Positions 10,931 to 22,599 of a DNA stretch of 64,000 nucleotides are shown piece by piece. The stretch spans positions 252,282,055 through 252,346,054 of the forward strand of contig NC_133622.1 of NCBI RefSeq assembly GCF_048593235.1, given 5' to 3'. The position numbers were made by a program, and so were the translations under genes. The notes below the pieces were generated by a model, which saw only the letters and a program-made list of their open reading frames with translations, had not been told where the DNA came from and searched no databases. The stretch is from Sminthopsis crassicaudata. Its lineage: Eukaryota. The first letter of the stretch is position 1, and the number at the start of each line of letters is the position of its first letter.

Positions 10931-11449
10931 AGAAGCAGCTATTGCAATAATTCATGTGGGATTTGGACTAGGGCATTAGATGCATGAGTGAAGACAGAAA
11001 GGGACGAATGCAAGAGATATTGGAGAGATAGAATCTCTTAGACTTGGAAGCAGCAAGGTGGCTTTTTAGATAGAGCTCCAGTTCTGGAGTCGGGAGCACC
11101 TGCATTTAAATCAGCTCTCAGACAGGACATTTACTAGTTCACTTAACCTCCATTTCCCCATAAAAAAAGGATGTCTAAAACTTTAAAAAAATTGATTGGA
11201 CATGGAGGGAGAGGAAGAAATGTCAAGAATGTCCATTTATTTACTGTGCCAGATATCCAATGATATATATCCTTTGCAATAACTCTGCACACACCTCCTT
11301 GAAAAGTTTCCTGCCCCCTCCCCAGTAACTTCAAATTCCTGTCTTCGTGGAGACATCCCTGTAATAGCCACACAAAATCATGGAATCTCGAAGTTGGACA
11401 CCACCATCTCATCCAACTCAATTCCTTCTGTTACATTTCTTTCCTTTTT

Positions 11450-11910
11450 TTTTTTTTTTTTTGAGAAATATTTTTATTAATGTCTTCTTTTCCTTACACT
11501 ATCACATTATTCCAAGTATCCCTACCCCTTCCCAGAGAGCTGTCCTATAAATCAAATAGTATTTTTAAAGGGGTGTGGTGGGGGGAATCAGTACAACTGA
11601 TGAGTACATTGGAAAAGCTTGAAAACATATGCAGGTTCAAGTGTAACCCTTTAGAAGTTTCATGCAAGGGTGGTTGAAGGGGGGGGGTGTCCTTTCCTTT
11701 CTCTTCATGCAATTCCTACTTTGTCCTTATTTTTTGTTACATTCAACTTTTGATTTTTTGGTGGTTCTTTCAATTTCTTTTATAATAATTATTGTGTATA
11801 TTGTTTTCTTGGTTCTGCTGACTTCACTCTATATCAGTTCATGTGAATCTTTCCAAACTTCTCTGTATTCATCCCATATATTATTTCTTATAGCGCTGTA
11901 AGAATATCCC
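11450..11910 (-). mobile_element. Marsupial L1 3' end (antisense)
   Basis: T-rich head followed by ...ttgttttcttggttctgctgacttcactctatatcagttcatgtgaatctttcc..., the reverse of an L1 3' region. Confidence 0.75.
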
Positions 11911-11924
11911 ATTAAAATCATGTA

Positions 11925-12065
11925 CTTTCTTTTGTTGTTGTTGTTGAGGCAATTGGGGTTAAATGACTTGCCCAGGGTCACACAGCTAGGAAGTGTTCAG
12001 TGTCTGAGACCAGATCTGAACTCCGGTACTCTTGAATTCAAGGCTGGTGCTCTATCTACTTCACC
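11925..12065 (-). mobile_element. WSINE1-like marsupial SINE
   Basis: (ttg)n tgaggcaattggggttaaatgacttgcccagggtcacacagctaggaagtgt...gctggtgctctatc. Confidence 0.8.
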
Positions 12066-12199
12066 ATTTCTAAATGGTCATCCAGACTGCTGGTGGACCT
12101 CCAATGCAGGGAGCTTCCTATTCTTGGGACTTTGGGACAGCTCTGGTTTCCTTTCATTGGCCTCAGATTGGTCTATTTGTCCTTATAACCCGTAGGGCC

Positions 12200-13250
12200 C
12201 AGCAGAACCAGCTCAGCCCTTGCCCATCTTGTTTTCTTCCAGGTCAGCTGTTCTCATGTCTTCTAGTTCATTTGCCTGTGGGTTCTTCCTCATTCAGTTT
12301 TCTGTCTTCTGAAAACTCTCCACTAAATAAAATCGTTTCTAAGATATTGGTTCCCAAAACGGAACCCAGGCCTCCCGGTATTCACTGATGGGGCAGAAGG
12401 CACCTGAGGCTTTCTCTAATTTTCCATTCTATTTCAGAGATTTTTGGCCACACCCAGGGACATCTCCTGGTCTTCTGATTCATCTGAATCCCGGGATGTG
12501 AAGCAGGCTTCCAGCAGACTCAGGAGTTCCCTGCTCCTTCTGGGTCTCCCTGCTCTGGGAGCCATTTTTATTCTGTCCTTCCTGGGCCAAAGATGTTTCT
12601 TTGTAGAGAGGACAGAAAAAGCAAAGAACTGAGGTTTGCGCAGCTCTGCCAGTTCTCACTTCCAGCTTTCTCTCTTCACGGTCTTATCCCTTCTTTGAGC
12701 TCTCCCAACATGCCTTAAAAACCACTTTTTCATTAGCCTTGGTTTCCTCCCAAGCCTCAGCTTGCTCTCAGCCTTAGCACTCCTGATGCTCTTCTCACCA
12801 CTCTGGACCATGACATATTTATTTCTCTTCTAGTACGTGTTCTTGCATCCGTCTGTCCAAGAGGTTGCTGAAAGTCTACGATGGTCAGGGAATTTCCCAC
12901 GCATCCACACATGTCTTTGTCCACAGTTTCTTTTCCTCATCAGAGCTTTCCCTTTGAGTCTCCAGAATTTCATGGTTGGGAGCTTCCCATTCCTCCTTGG
13001 CTAACTTCCAATAGAATTTTAGGCCAGGGGACCCTCCCTACCCTTTCTCCAAGACTTTGAACATCTGTTCTCCCCTAACCCAGGGCATCTTATTTATGTG
13101 GCCCACGTTCAGGTTTCCTCTCCTCCTCGAAAGACTCCCATCATTTCTGCCCCATAGCCAATTCTTTGGTGAGAATCAGATGTGGAGTGAAGTTCTTGCT
13201 ACTCATCCTGCCACCTTTGAAAGATGAAATTATCATTAAGATAGAATAAG
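12200..13250 (-). mobile_element. Degraded L3/CR1 remnant
   Basis: ctttgaaagatgaaattatcattaag and neighbouring sequence resemble antisense L3; boundaries uncertain. Confidence 0.4.
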
Positions 13251-13477
13251 AAATGGTTAGCTTATTGTTTGGGATTGAGAGGAGAAAACTGGGAAAAGGG
13301 AGAGGGAAAGCAAGAAGCAGGAGAGATTAAAAAGAAGGAAATAAATAAAAAAGGAAAATAAAGAAGGAAATAAAAGAAGGAAAGGGAGAGAGGGGAGAGG
13401 GACAGAAAGAGGAGAGGAGGAAAGAGCAAAAGGGACAGAGAAGGAGGGGAGAGAGAGACCAAAACAGAGAAAGAGAA

Positions 13478-13757
13478 NNNNNNNNNNNNNNNNNNNNNNN
13501 NNNNNNNNNNNNNNNNNNNNNNNNNNNNNNNNNNNNNNNNNNNNNNNNNNNNNNNNNNNNNNNNNNNNNNNNNNNNNNNNNNNNNNNNNNNNNNNNNNNN
13601 NNNNNNNNNNNNNNNNNNNNNNNNNNNNNNNNNNNNNNNNNNNNNNNNNNNNNNNNNNNNNNNNNNNNNNNNNNNNNNNNNNNNNNNNNNNNNNNNNNNN
13701 NNNNNNNNNNNNNNNNNNNNNNNNNNNNNNNNNNNNNNNNNNNNNNNNNNNNNNNNN
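13478..13757. other. N-gap (280 nt) following a GA-rich tract
   Basis: Run of n. Confidence 0.99.
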
Positions 13758-14099
13758 AGACAGACAGGAGATAGGGAGAGGCCCCAGCAGGCTCCCATGA
13801 GGTTCTGCCTCTGTTTTCTTGACTCCCCTGGGCTCTCCTTTTTGCCCATGGGGAGGGAGGGTCTAGAGATGGGCTCTGTCCCCTTCCCCACTCCTCCACC
13901 TTCCTCCCTTGCTGACACCCTCAGAACAGCCAGGCCCCACCCCCTCCCAGGGCCCGTGGGCTCTCCGACCTCTCTGGGTGCCCCTGGGATGCTAAGGGAG
14001 CAGAGCCTCTGAGGAGTGGGGCAGGGTGATTTGGAGTCAAGGAGTCTCAGGTCACACCCTTGCCCCTCCAGTGTCACCCTAAGTGTCAGGTCTGGTTCC

Positions 14100-14138
14100 C
14101 CAGTCTGTGGAGGGGGTGGGGCCCCAGGAGGCCCGCCG

Positions 14139-14170
<32 letters not shown>

Positions 14171-15900
14171 CGGCGCCTGAACCACAAGGATGGGTGAGAG
14201 GAGGGCTGGGGAAGCCGGCCTGGGCTTCTTGGGGAGGTGGGCCCTGCCATCCCTGCCGGAGTGGGCTCTCAAGGGGTGAGGCCCCAGGTGTGCAGAGACC
14301 CCCGAGCCGCTGCCTTTGGGGGAGCCATGGCTGGGGGGCAGCTGGGGGAGGGGAGCCGCGGCTGCGGGGGCGCTTCCTGGGCCGCCCCACCCCCGGCTGA
14401 CATTCTCCCGCCCCGGAGGTTCCAGCTCATGAGACTGTTGGCATTTGTGGTGGCGTGCCGGCGGGGACGGAGGCAGCTGAGGGCAGGAGGGTGGGGAGGC
14501 TGGGAGGGGAAGGAAACCCGGCAGGAATGTGCTCGGCGGCTGCCAGCCCTGACACACTTTCCCTTTTCCCAAGGCGGGAAGGAGCCAGGAGCCGAGGGCT
14601 GCCAGCCCTGCCGTGCCCTGGGCTGCCTGTGACGTCACCGGAAGCCCCGGGGGGCACGCGGCGGGGCCTGCGCTTAGCTCACCTCGTGCCCCGCCGGGCC
14701 GCGCGGCACCTGGAGCAGCCCGGGCCCTCCCCGGCCTCTCCCCGCGCGGCCGCCGCGCTCCTCCCGCCCGCCCGCCCCTGCTCCCGCGGCCCGAGCGCCG
14801 GAGCCCGGAACACCCCCGGCCCGGCCGGCTCCGCGGCCTCTGCCCAGCCAGCCCACCCCGCAGGCTCCATGACTGAGTCTCGGGGGGGGGGGGGGGGGGG
14901 AGATCCTTATCCCGAGTGCTGAGTCACCGCTGCCACCCGATCCGCTCCTCCCCCCCCCCCCCCCCCGGGCCGCTCTTGCCAATGTGCCGCTGCCGGGCCT
15001 CCAGAGGCCGGGGCCCGGGAAGGGGGAGCGGGGCCAGGTACAGCCTTGGGGGGGGGGCAGAAAGCGGCCCCGGCCCGGGCTCAGCTCCCCGAAACAAGTG
15101 TGGTCCGGGCCTCTGAGCCGCTCGGAGGATGCCCCCCGGGGGGCGAGGCGAGCCCCCGGAGATGTCCCCCAACTCCTCGGAGCCGGAGTAGCAGGGAGAG
15201 CTTCCTGGAGGAGGCGGGACGGGCAGCTTGGCAGCCGTGGCGTGGGGTCTCCCGGATGGCTCATGGGAGGGGGGGTGCGCCCCCCCCCCCCGGAGCTCAG
15301 GGCCAGGACTCTCCTCAGACCGGAGCCGAACTTAGGGGAGGACTCTAGGTGTGTGTGTGGGGGGGAGGGGCTGCTATTCGAGGCTGTATCGTCCAGGGAG
15401 GTTCCCGAGGTTCTTGTGGCCTTTAGAGCGGCCGGGGCCCCCGGGGAGCGGGCGGCCAGTGGCTCCCTGGTCCCCCGTTGGTTCCCAGCCCTGGAGGATT
15501 GGGGGGGGCGTCACCGCCGAGACCCCTTAATGAATGAGGGACTGACAGCGGCCCGTGGGATTTCCTCCTGACGGGTCCGGGGCTTCCGTCTCTCCTGCTC
15601 TCGGGGCTCCCCTGGGTCGGGGTACCAGCCCGCCACCGGCTGCCGCGATGGCTCTCGGGCCGGGCACCGGACCGTGAGGGGACTAGCTGTGGTGTCTCGC
15701 GCCCTCTCCCGGCCACGGAGGGGATCGCCCCGGCCCGCTCTGCGCCCGCTGCTCCCTCCTTGTCCCCCCACGATGCCCAGAGCCGCGACGAGGGGACCCG
15801 AGATCCTCCGAATTAGAAAGAGCCGGGGCCGATTCCGCCCGGGACACGCCTCCTTCCTGAGCTTGTTCCTGCCTTAATAAAGCTCGCGTCCGAAGGCGGT
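14100..15900. promoter_or_regulatory. Orphan CpG island with full CRE + ETS (TGACGTCACCGGAAG, 14630-14644) and ARE (TGCTGAGTCAC, 14917-14927)
   Basis: High CpG density, poly-C and poly-G runs, motifs read directly; no recognisable coding exon. Confidence 0.6.
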
Positions 15901-16009
15901 AGAAGCGTTTACACAGTGGATTTAACTCCTGTTTTAACATGGGGAAGGGGAGGGGGAGGAGGGGAAAATCTGAAACAAGGCTATGCAAGCGCCACCCGAG
16001 CGCGCGTGT

Positions 16010-16165
16010 TTTTTCTCTTTTTTTTGCTGACGAAATTGGGGTTAAGTGACTGGCCCGGGGTGACAGCCAGCACGTGTTCGGTGTCTGAGGCCAGTTTGGG
16101 ACTCAGGTCCTCCGGACTTCAGGGCTGGGGCTCTCTCCACCGCACCCCCAGCTGCCTCCGTCCAT
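16010..16165 (-). mobile_element. WSINE1-like SINE
   Basis: ttttt...aattggggttaagtgactggcccggggtgacagc...tgtctgaggccag...ctcaggtcctccggacttcagggctgg...cagctgcc. Confidence 0.75.
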
Positions 16166-17049
16166 ATGTATGAAAATAAAAAGCTTTATTTAAAAATAAT
16201 GATAAATTGGACAGTTGAAGAAAGCAGACGCGCATTTGGTACTTCCGGGATTGCCTCCAGGGAAGATGCTGCCCACACCGGAAAGCGCCGCGTCCTCGTC
16301 GGTTGTTGTTACCGTCCCCCTCGGTGCTTCCCGGGCTGCCTGCCCTTCTGGACTTGAGGGGGGCTCGGAAGGCGAGGCCGGCCCAGCCCGTTCCCGAGCC
16401 ATTTTCCTCATCCGTCTGTCCTGCCTTTCCTCCAGCAGCCAGTGAGACCAGAGAGGCCTCCGTCCGCTGGCCCACCCAGGGCTGGTGTGGGGGAGACCAG
16501 GGCTGCCTCCCCTCGGAGCCCTCGCTAATCATTAATGGGGCTGTCACCTGTGCATTTATCTACACCTTTCCTGAAACTTTCTATTTCCAGCCTGGACCAC
16601 ATCTTCAAATAATGCGCTCCCTCAGTATCCTCGCCCACGTGGGAAGTGGAGCTGCCTGTCACGTGTCCCAAGCTTACCTCTTTCTAGCTCCAGGAGACCC
16701 CCAGCAGTGCTGATTCAGGTTTCCATGAGTGAGTCCATGTGGCCCCCCTTCAGCCAGGACCCCCCCATGACTCTGAACTGGTTCATTCCCTGGGAAAGCC
16801 CAGCCCCCAACACCATCCCTGCCAGCCTCCCGCCCGCCATTACCCCCCACCCCTGCCACCATCACACACACCCCATCCCCCGCATCCTCCGTTTCTAAAA
16901 TCACAAAACAGCAGTATGTCAGACTCTGGAGGACCACCCGAAACCCAATGGATGACAAGTGTCGGGACCCCCAAAAGGCCAGAGTCCTGAGTGAAAGCTG
17001 AGCAGAAGAAATTCAATAGGGGCAAGTGCCAAATGATACATCCCAGGTA

Positions 17050-17600
17050 CTGATGGGGGATGGCCGTGAGTAGGAAGATGAGGGGGGAACTCCCGTCCTC
17101 CACACGGGATAGGAGGCAGCGTGGGGTGGTTCTGGGTCCCAGCGCTGGAGTAGGGCTTTGACAAGGAAGTCGGGGAGCTCCTGGGAGGCTGAAGGACCCC
17201 GAGTCTCTGTCATGTGGTCGGTCACCGTTCCTTCTCAGAGGACCACGGTATGGGGGGGAGCCTGTGACGGAGTCGGATGGAAGTGAGGGAGGCAACCTCC
17301 TTTCTCCTGCAGAGCTCCCTGGGTCCAATGGTCAGAGAGAGATCCGGACAGGAGACGCCTCGGGATGTCACGTGGGTGTGCAGAAAAGGTGGCTCTCTCT
17401 GCCTTGGGGGCTCTTGTGTGGAAGAGGTCCCGAGGAGGCAGAATTTGGAGCAGTGTGAGGAAGATACCAAGGGGCAATGTGGAACCCCATTCCAAAAGAA
17501 GTACGTCCTGACAAGAAGGCCGTCCCAGAGCAGAAGGGGCAGCCTCTCATCCGCCCTGGAGGCCTTCAGGCGGAGGCCAGACAGCCACTTGTCCGGTCCT
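17050..17600 (+). mobile_element. L3/CR1 3' remnant
   Basis: ggttctgggtcccagc..., tgtggaagagg...gaggcagaatttggagca and ccctggaggccttcaggcggaggccagacagccacttgtc resemble the L3 3' end. Confidence 0.55.
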
Positions 17601-18789
17601 GCTTAGGAGTGATTCTTGAGGTGATTGCTGACTTTCAGGTGTGAGCATTTCCACCTGAGAAAACTGGCAAGCTCACCAAACCCGGCCTTAACTGATTGTT
17701 TTATTAGTTGCCTAGTCTGAAGAAAGTGATGGAGAAACTGTTCAGAAAGCAAAGGAAGTTTAAAAATCCCTTTTTCAATAGTTGATGATTCCATATTTAT
17801 GAGCTAATCCAGGTACGTGACTTAGGGGAGACTCCCTCGGGGTACAGGATGGGTGCTAGGCGGTGGCTGGGCTCCCTTCCAGGTCTCAAATTTGGGGAGA
17901 GAATGTGAAAAGGGGGAGAGACTCTAGAATACCCACTGTTAGAGCTGGGAAGGGGAACCTGCTCAAGCTTTGGGTGACTTCTTCCTTCGAAGAAGAGAAA
18001 GATAATAAAGCCGACATCACCGGTACAATGTGTAATACAAATTGGTTGATTTAAATGGAAACCAAGTGACTTTCCAAGGGTGACTTGCAGTTTTCCCTGA
18101 GTTGGGGTATGGGGTTAATTCTCTCTTTCTGCAGATCAGCATCCCGTTCCAGTGGATATAATCCCCCCCCCCCCCCCCCGATCAATGGCAGCCCCTCCAC
18201 ACACTTACTCATAGACAATCATTGTGAGTTGCTGGGACCAAAGGAAAAACATCCTCTGATGAGCAAGCTTCTTGGATCATTCATTGACAAGGTCAACCAA
18301 GAGCCCTTCCCAGAACAGGGTGCCCAGGGGCTGTGTCGAAAGGCCTCGGGAGCAGGAGGAGGGGGAGCAGCTTCAGCACCCCTTTCAAAGTCCCCTTTGT
18401 TGGGCTTTCCAGACCATGAGGCATCAGGCCATGAAGGGGGAGGTGACTCAACTGAAGCCAGGCGAGGTCCGAGAATGGGAGTTCTTGGGGTCACCCCCAC
18501 TTAGGGCCTTTCTGGAAGGGTCAGAAACATGGATGCCGTTGTTTTCTCTGAAGGGTGAGGGAGGGGCCATGAAACACTGTCCCACAGTGACACGGCCACA
18601 TCAGGGTAATCTGAAGGACAGGTGTTCTCACCGCTCTCATCTTAGACTTCACCATCACTCCAAACTCTGCCAACTAGATGACCTTTGATTCGGAAATCGC
18701 CCCCTTTGATCATTTAATAAGCAACTGCTAAGAGCCAGGTACAATCCTAGGTTCTGGAGAGAAAAAGCACAATCCTAGTCTTAATTTAT

Positions 18790-18960
18790 TATTCTGTTGT
18801 TTTTCAGTCGTGACCAAATCTTCATCCCCCATTTGGGGTTTTCTTGGCAAAGGTACTGGAGTGCTTTGCCATCTTTTTTCTCTAGCTCATTTTGGAGATG
18901 AGAAAAAAGGCAGATGGGGCTAAAATGACTTGTCCAGGGTCACACAGCTAGTAAATATCA
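18790..18960. mobile_element. MAR1/MIR-type SINE
   Basis: ttcagtcgtgacc...ccccatttggggttttcttggcaaaggtactggagtg...ctcattttggagatgag...gtcacacagctagtaa. Confidence 0.75.
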
Positions 18961-19233
18961 GGTACATAGTGTAGCTCCCCCTTGGCTCACTGCCCCAAGT
19001 GGCACTCACACAGCAGGCTAGTTCTGTGGTTCTCAAAGGAACTCAGTGAATGACTACTTTTTTTAAGTAATTTTTTTTTCTAATGCTCTCTCTCTTCCCC
19101 CTCTCAAACCTATTAGAAAGGCAAGAAAAAAACAAAACAAAAATATGAAGTCATGTAAAACAAATCCTCCATTAACCATGTTCCAGCTTTTTTTCTTCCT
19201 TCCTTCTCTACCTTCTTTTCTTCCTCCTTCCTA

Positions 19234-19541
19234 NNNNNNNNNNNNNNNNNNNNNNNNNNNNNNNNNNNNNNNNNNNNNNNNNNNNNNNNNNNNNNNNNNN
19301 NNNNNNNNNNNNNNNNNNNNNNNNNNNNNNNNNNNNNNNNNNNNNNNNNNNNNNNNNNNNNNNNNNNNNNNNNNNNNNNNNNNNNNNNNNNNNNNNNNNN
19401 NNNNNNNNNNNNNNNNNNNNNNNNNNNNNNNNNNNNNNNNNNNNNNNNNNNNNNNNNNNNNNNNNNNNNNNNNNNNNNNNNNNNNNNNNNNNNNNNNNNN
19501 NNNNNNNNNNNNNNNNNNNNNNNNNNNNNNNNNNNNNNNNN
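19234..19541. other. N-gap (308 nt)
   Basis: Run of n flanked by CT-rich and GA-rich simple sequence. Confidence 0.99.
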
Positions 19542-19569
19542 GAGGAAAAAAAGAAAGAATACACTTTCC

Positions 19570-20270
19570 TCTTCATTCAAAGCCCCTTGGCTGGATATCT
19601 GGTGGTGAGTCCCAGGTTTCATCATGAGTCCTCCTGAATGGTCATTGGTCGTTGAGTTGATCAGCATCTGTAAAGTCTTTCGAAGTTGATTACCTTCGTA
19701 CCATTGTTGTTACCGTGTAACCCTTCTCTTTGTCAGTTCATTTAAGTCTTCCCGTGTTTTTCTGAACCCATCCCTCTCATTGTTTTCTTTTAAAAATGTT
19801 TTTAAACCTTTAATTTCTTTATGTCTAGGTTTTACATGTACATTCATTTTCAACATATTTCCAGATAAGTTGTGTTGTGAAAGAAAAATCAGAACAAACA
19901 GAAAGGAAACTAAACCAGGTGATCCCCTTCAGTTTCCACAATTCCCTCCCTGGATGCGGATGCCATTTTCCATTCCAAGTCTATTAGCCCTCCCTAGTGG
20001 CAGTATTGCCAAGCCAAGAAAATAGGTAGAGTTTTATAGAGTTCCAAATCGCTTTGCAAAATAATGGATGCCCTTCGCAAGAGCAGGAAGCATTTAGCAT
20101 TTTTAAAAATATGGCATTTGTCATTTTCCTTTTTTTTTTTTTTTTTTTTTTTGCCAACTTAGTGAAACTGATGAGCATGAGGTTGTGCCTCGGAGCTGTT
20201 TTGATTTATAATTTGTATTTCTCTAGTGATTTGGAGCATTATTTTAAGTGGCTATTGATAATATGGATTT
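19570..20270 (-). mobile_element. Old L1 remnant (antisense), host of later insertions
   Basis: catgagtcctcctgaatggtcattgg..., gttccaaatcgctttgcaaaataatgg and catttgtcattttccttttt...tgaggttgtgcctcggagctgttttgattt resemble antisense L1 ORF2/3' sequence. Confidence 0.65.
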
Positions 20271-20348
20271 ATCCAAATGGATTTATTCAAATTTATCCAA
20301 ATATCCAAGAACACAAAGCATTTAGCATTTTTAAAAATATGGCATTTG

Positions 20349-21040
20349 GAATCCAGCCATTCTGGAGAGCAATCTGGAATTATGCCCAAAAAGTTATCAA
20401 ACTGTGCATACCCTTTGACCCAGCAGCGCTACTACTGGGATTATATCCCAAAGAAATACTAAAGAGCAGAAAGAAACATATATGTGCCAAAATGTTTGTG
20501 GCAGCTCTTTTTGTTGTAGCTAGAAACTGGAAGATGAATGGATGTCCATCAGTTGGAGAATGGTTGGGTAAATTGTGGTATATGAAGGTTATGGAATATT
20601 ATTGCTCGGTAAGAAATGACCAGCAGGAGGAATACAGAGAGGCCTGGAGAGACTTAAATCAACTGATGCTGAGTGAAATGAGCAGAACCAGAAGATCACT
20701 GTACACTTCAACAACAATACTGTATGGGGATGTATTCTGATGGAAGTGGAAATCTTCAACATAAAGAAGATCCAACTCACTTCCAGTTGATCAATGATGG
20801 ACAGAGGTAGCTACACCCAGAGAAGAAACACTGGGAGGGGAATGTAAATTGTTAGCACTAATATCTGTCTGCCCAGGTTACATGTACCTTCGGATTCTAA
20901 TGTTTATTGTGCAACAAGAAAATGATATTCACACACATGTATTGTACCTAGACTATATTGTAACACATGTAAAATGTATGGGATTGCCTGTCGTCGGGGG
21001 GAGGGAATAGAGGGAGGGGGGGTAATTTGGAAAAATGAAT
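20349..21040 (+). mobile_element. Young 5'-truncated L1 (ORF2 C-terminus plus 3'UTR); tail hidden in the N-gap
   Basis: Stop-free ORF2 C-terminus PFWRAIWNYAQKVIKLCIPFDPAALLLGLYPKE...WYMKVMEYY...YREAWRDL to 20740, followed by a G-rich 3'UTR end. Confidence 0.9.
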
Positions 21041-21184
21041 NNNNNNNNNNNNNNNNNNNNNNNNNNNNNNNNNNNNNNNNNNNNNNNNNNNNNNNNNNNN
21101 NNNNNNNNNNNNNNNNNNNNNNNNNNNNNNNNNNNNNNNNNNNNNNNNNNNNNNNNNNNNNNNNNNNNNNNNNNNNNNNNNNNN
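21041..21184. other. N-gap (144 nt) at the L1 tail
   Basis: Run of n. Confidence 0.99.
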
Positions 21185-21249
21185 TGAGTATGAGGTTGTG
21201 CCTCGGAGCTGTTTTGATTTATAATTTACATTTCTCTAGAGATTGATTT

Positions 21250-21760
21250 TGTGAGGGATGTAGAAGACCCTTACCCAAAATGATTACTCAGAGCTTACTC
21301 AGTAGAAGGCAGAAAAGTTGTTTATTAACACCTCTGGAGGATCAGCCGTCCCATCCTGGTAGGAGGGCTAAGTAAAGATACCCAGCTTTTATACCAGGCA
21401 CTGCGAAGGGGAGGGGGAGGCATCTCATTGGTTGTTGCTCTTCGGAGAGATTGGAATGGAAGGTTTCTGTTTCCCCAAAATCTCCTGATTTCTAGGAAAC
21501 AGAAAATCAGGCCTTCAGGCTTAATCAAGCAGATAGTGGTCCAGCTAGTAGACTAAATATGGGTAAATGTCAAATACAGATAAATGTCATCAGCTCAGGT
21601 TAAGTAAATATGGCTATAGCTGGCCAAGGCTCAAGTAAATATGGGTCTGCACATATTATACAGGTCATAGGGGAAACACAGAAATAATGAACATAAAATA
21701 CAGAAAAAGAATTCACATATTCTTGTAAGTTCTTCACCTTATCTTGCTCTATTCCCCACA
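21250..21760 (-). mobile_element. Solo LTR (511 bp), ERV1-like
   Basis: TG...CA termini; 4-bp TSD ATTT (21246-21249 and 21761-21764); minus-strand TATAAAAG at 21393-21386 and AATAAA at 21326-21321; the interrupted flank rejoins as gatt|atttggagcattatttt. Confidence 0.8.
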
Positions 21761-22599
21761 ATTTGGAGCATTATTTTGTTGATAACTTGGGTTTTTTTCT
21801 GAAACCTGTTTATGGCCTTTATTGTTGTTGAGCCCTGTCTGACTCTGTGACCCCATTTGGGGTTTTCTTGGCAAAAGTACTACACAGGGGTTGGGGGATG
21901 GGCCTTCCTCCCCTCTTTTCTCATTGAAAGGGTGACTAGTAATGCTGCAGTAATGAGCCCCCACTAGCGAATTTCCTTACACAGAGGGAAACAAAGGCCG
22001 ACAGATGGGAGTGTGGGGAATACACATGGCCAAGGCACCCCAGTGACCCTGCGGAACTGGCATTTCAGCGAAAGCGGTGGTGCCCGGGGGAGTGCTAGTC
22101 CTGGCCCTCAGCACGGGCAGCCACAGCCTCCGGTTCTCCAGCTGCAGCTGGCTGAGTGATTCTAGGCTCTTTCAGACCCGGGAGAGACCCTTATCCGGAG
22201 CCTGGCAGAACCTCAGGGCTTCCCCTCGGGCTGTGGGGAAAGTGAGAGCGAGAGATGTGATGGATTGATCATCTGCAACCTTCCCCCAGGGCGATCCATC
22301 TTTCCTCATTCATTCCGAGTATTTATTAAGCACCTACTGCATGGCAGGCACCGTGCTGAGTTCCAGGTGCAGGGCAAAACAAAGCAGCCCCTCCCCTAAT
22401 GGAGAACAACTTATAATAAGCAATTGAAGGACTCGAGAACTCTGATCACTGCCTTTCCCAGGGCCCAGGCTACATCTTTCCGCATCTCGGAGTCTCAGTT
22501 TCTGAATCTGTACAATGGGCACGAGAGGGCGGCTCCGGCACTTGGAAGAGTAGAAAAAAAGCTTCGGGGGTGGGGGAAGAGGAGAGCGGAAGCAACCCG

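Larger units (their letters stand above)
9290..11250 (+). mobile_element. L2 remnant interrupted by an L1 3' fragment (about 9839-10930)
   Basis: The L2-like sequence gaccagttgggag (about 9820) resumes as gctattgcaataa (about 10938) after the L1 piece. Confidence 0.55.

Noticed and set aside
16166-16357. ORF containing VLVGCCYRPP, resembling a CR1/L2 endonuclease motif
   Set aside because: The flanking residues do not fit an APE endonuclease fold and the ORF is only 63 aa. At most it is degraded LINE debris or a chance match.
20054-20740. 228-aa ORF
   Set aside because: It is a chance in-frame fusion of old antisense L1 and poly-T sequence with the young L1 ORF2 C-terminus, not a host gene.
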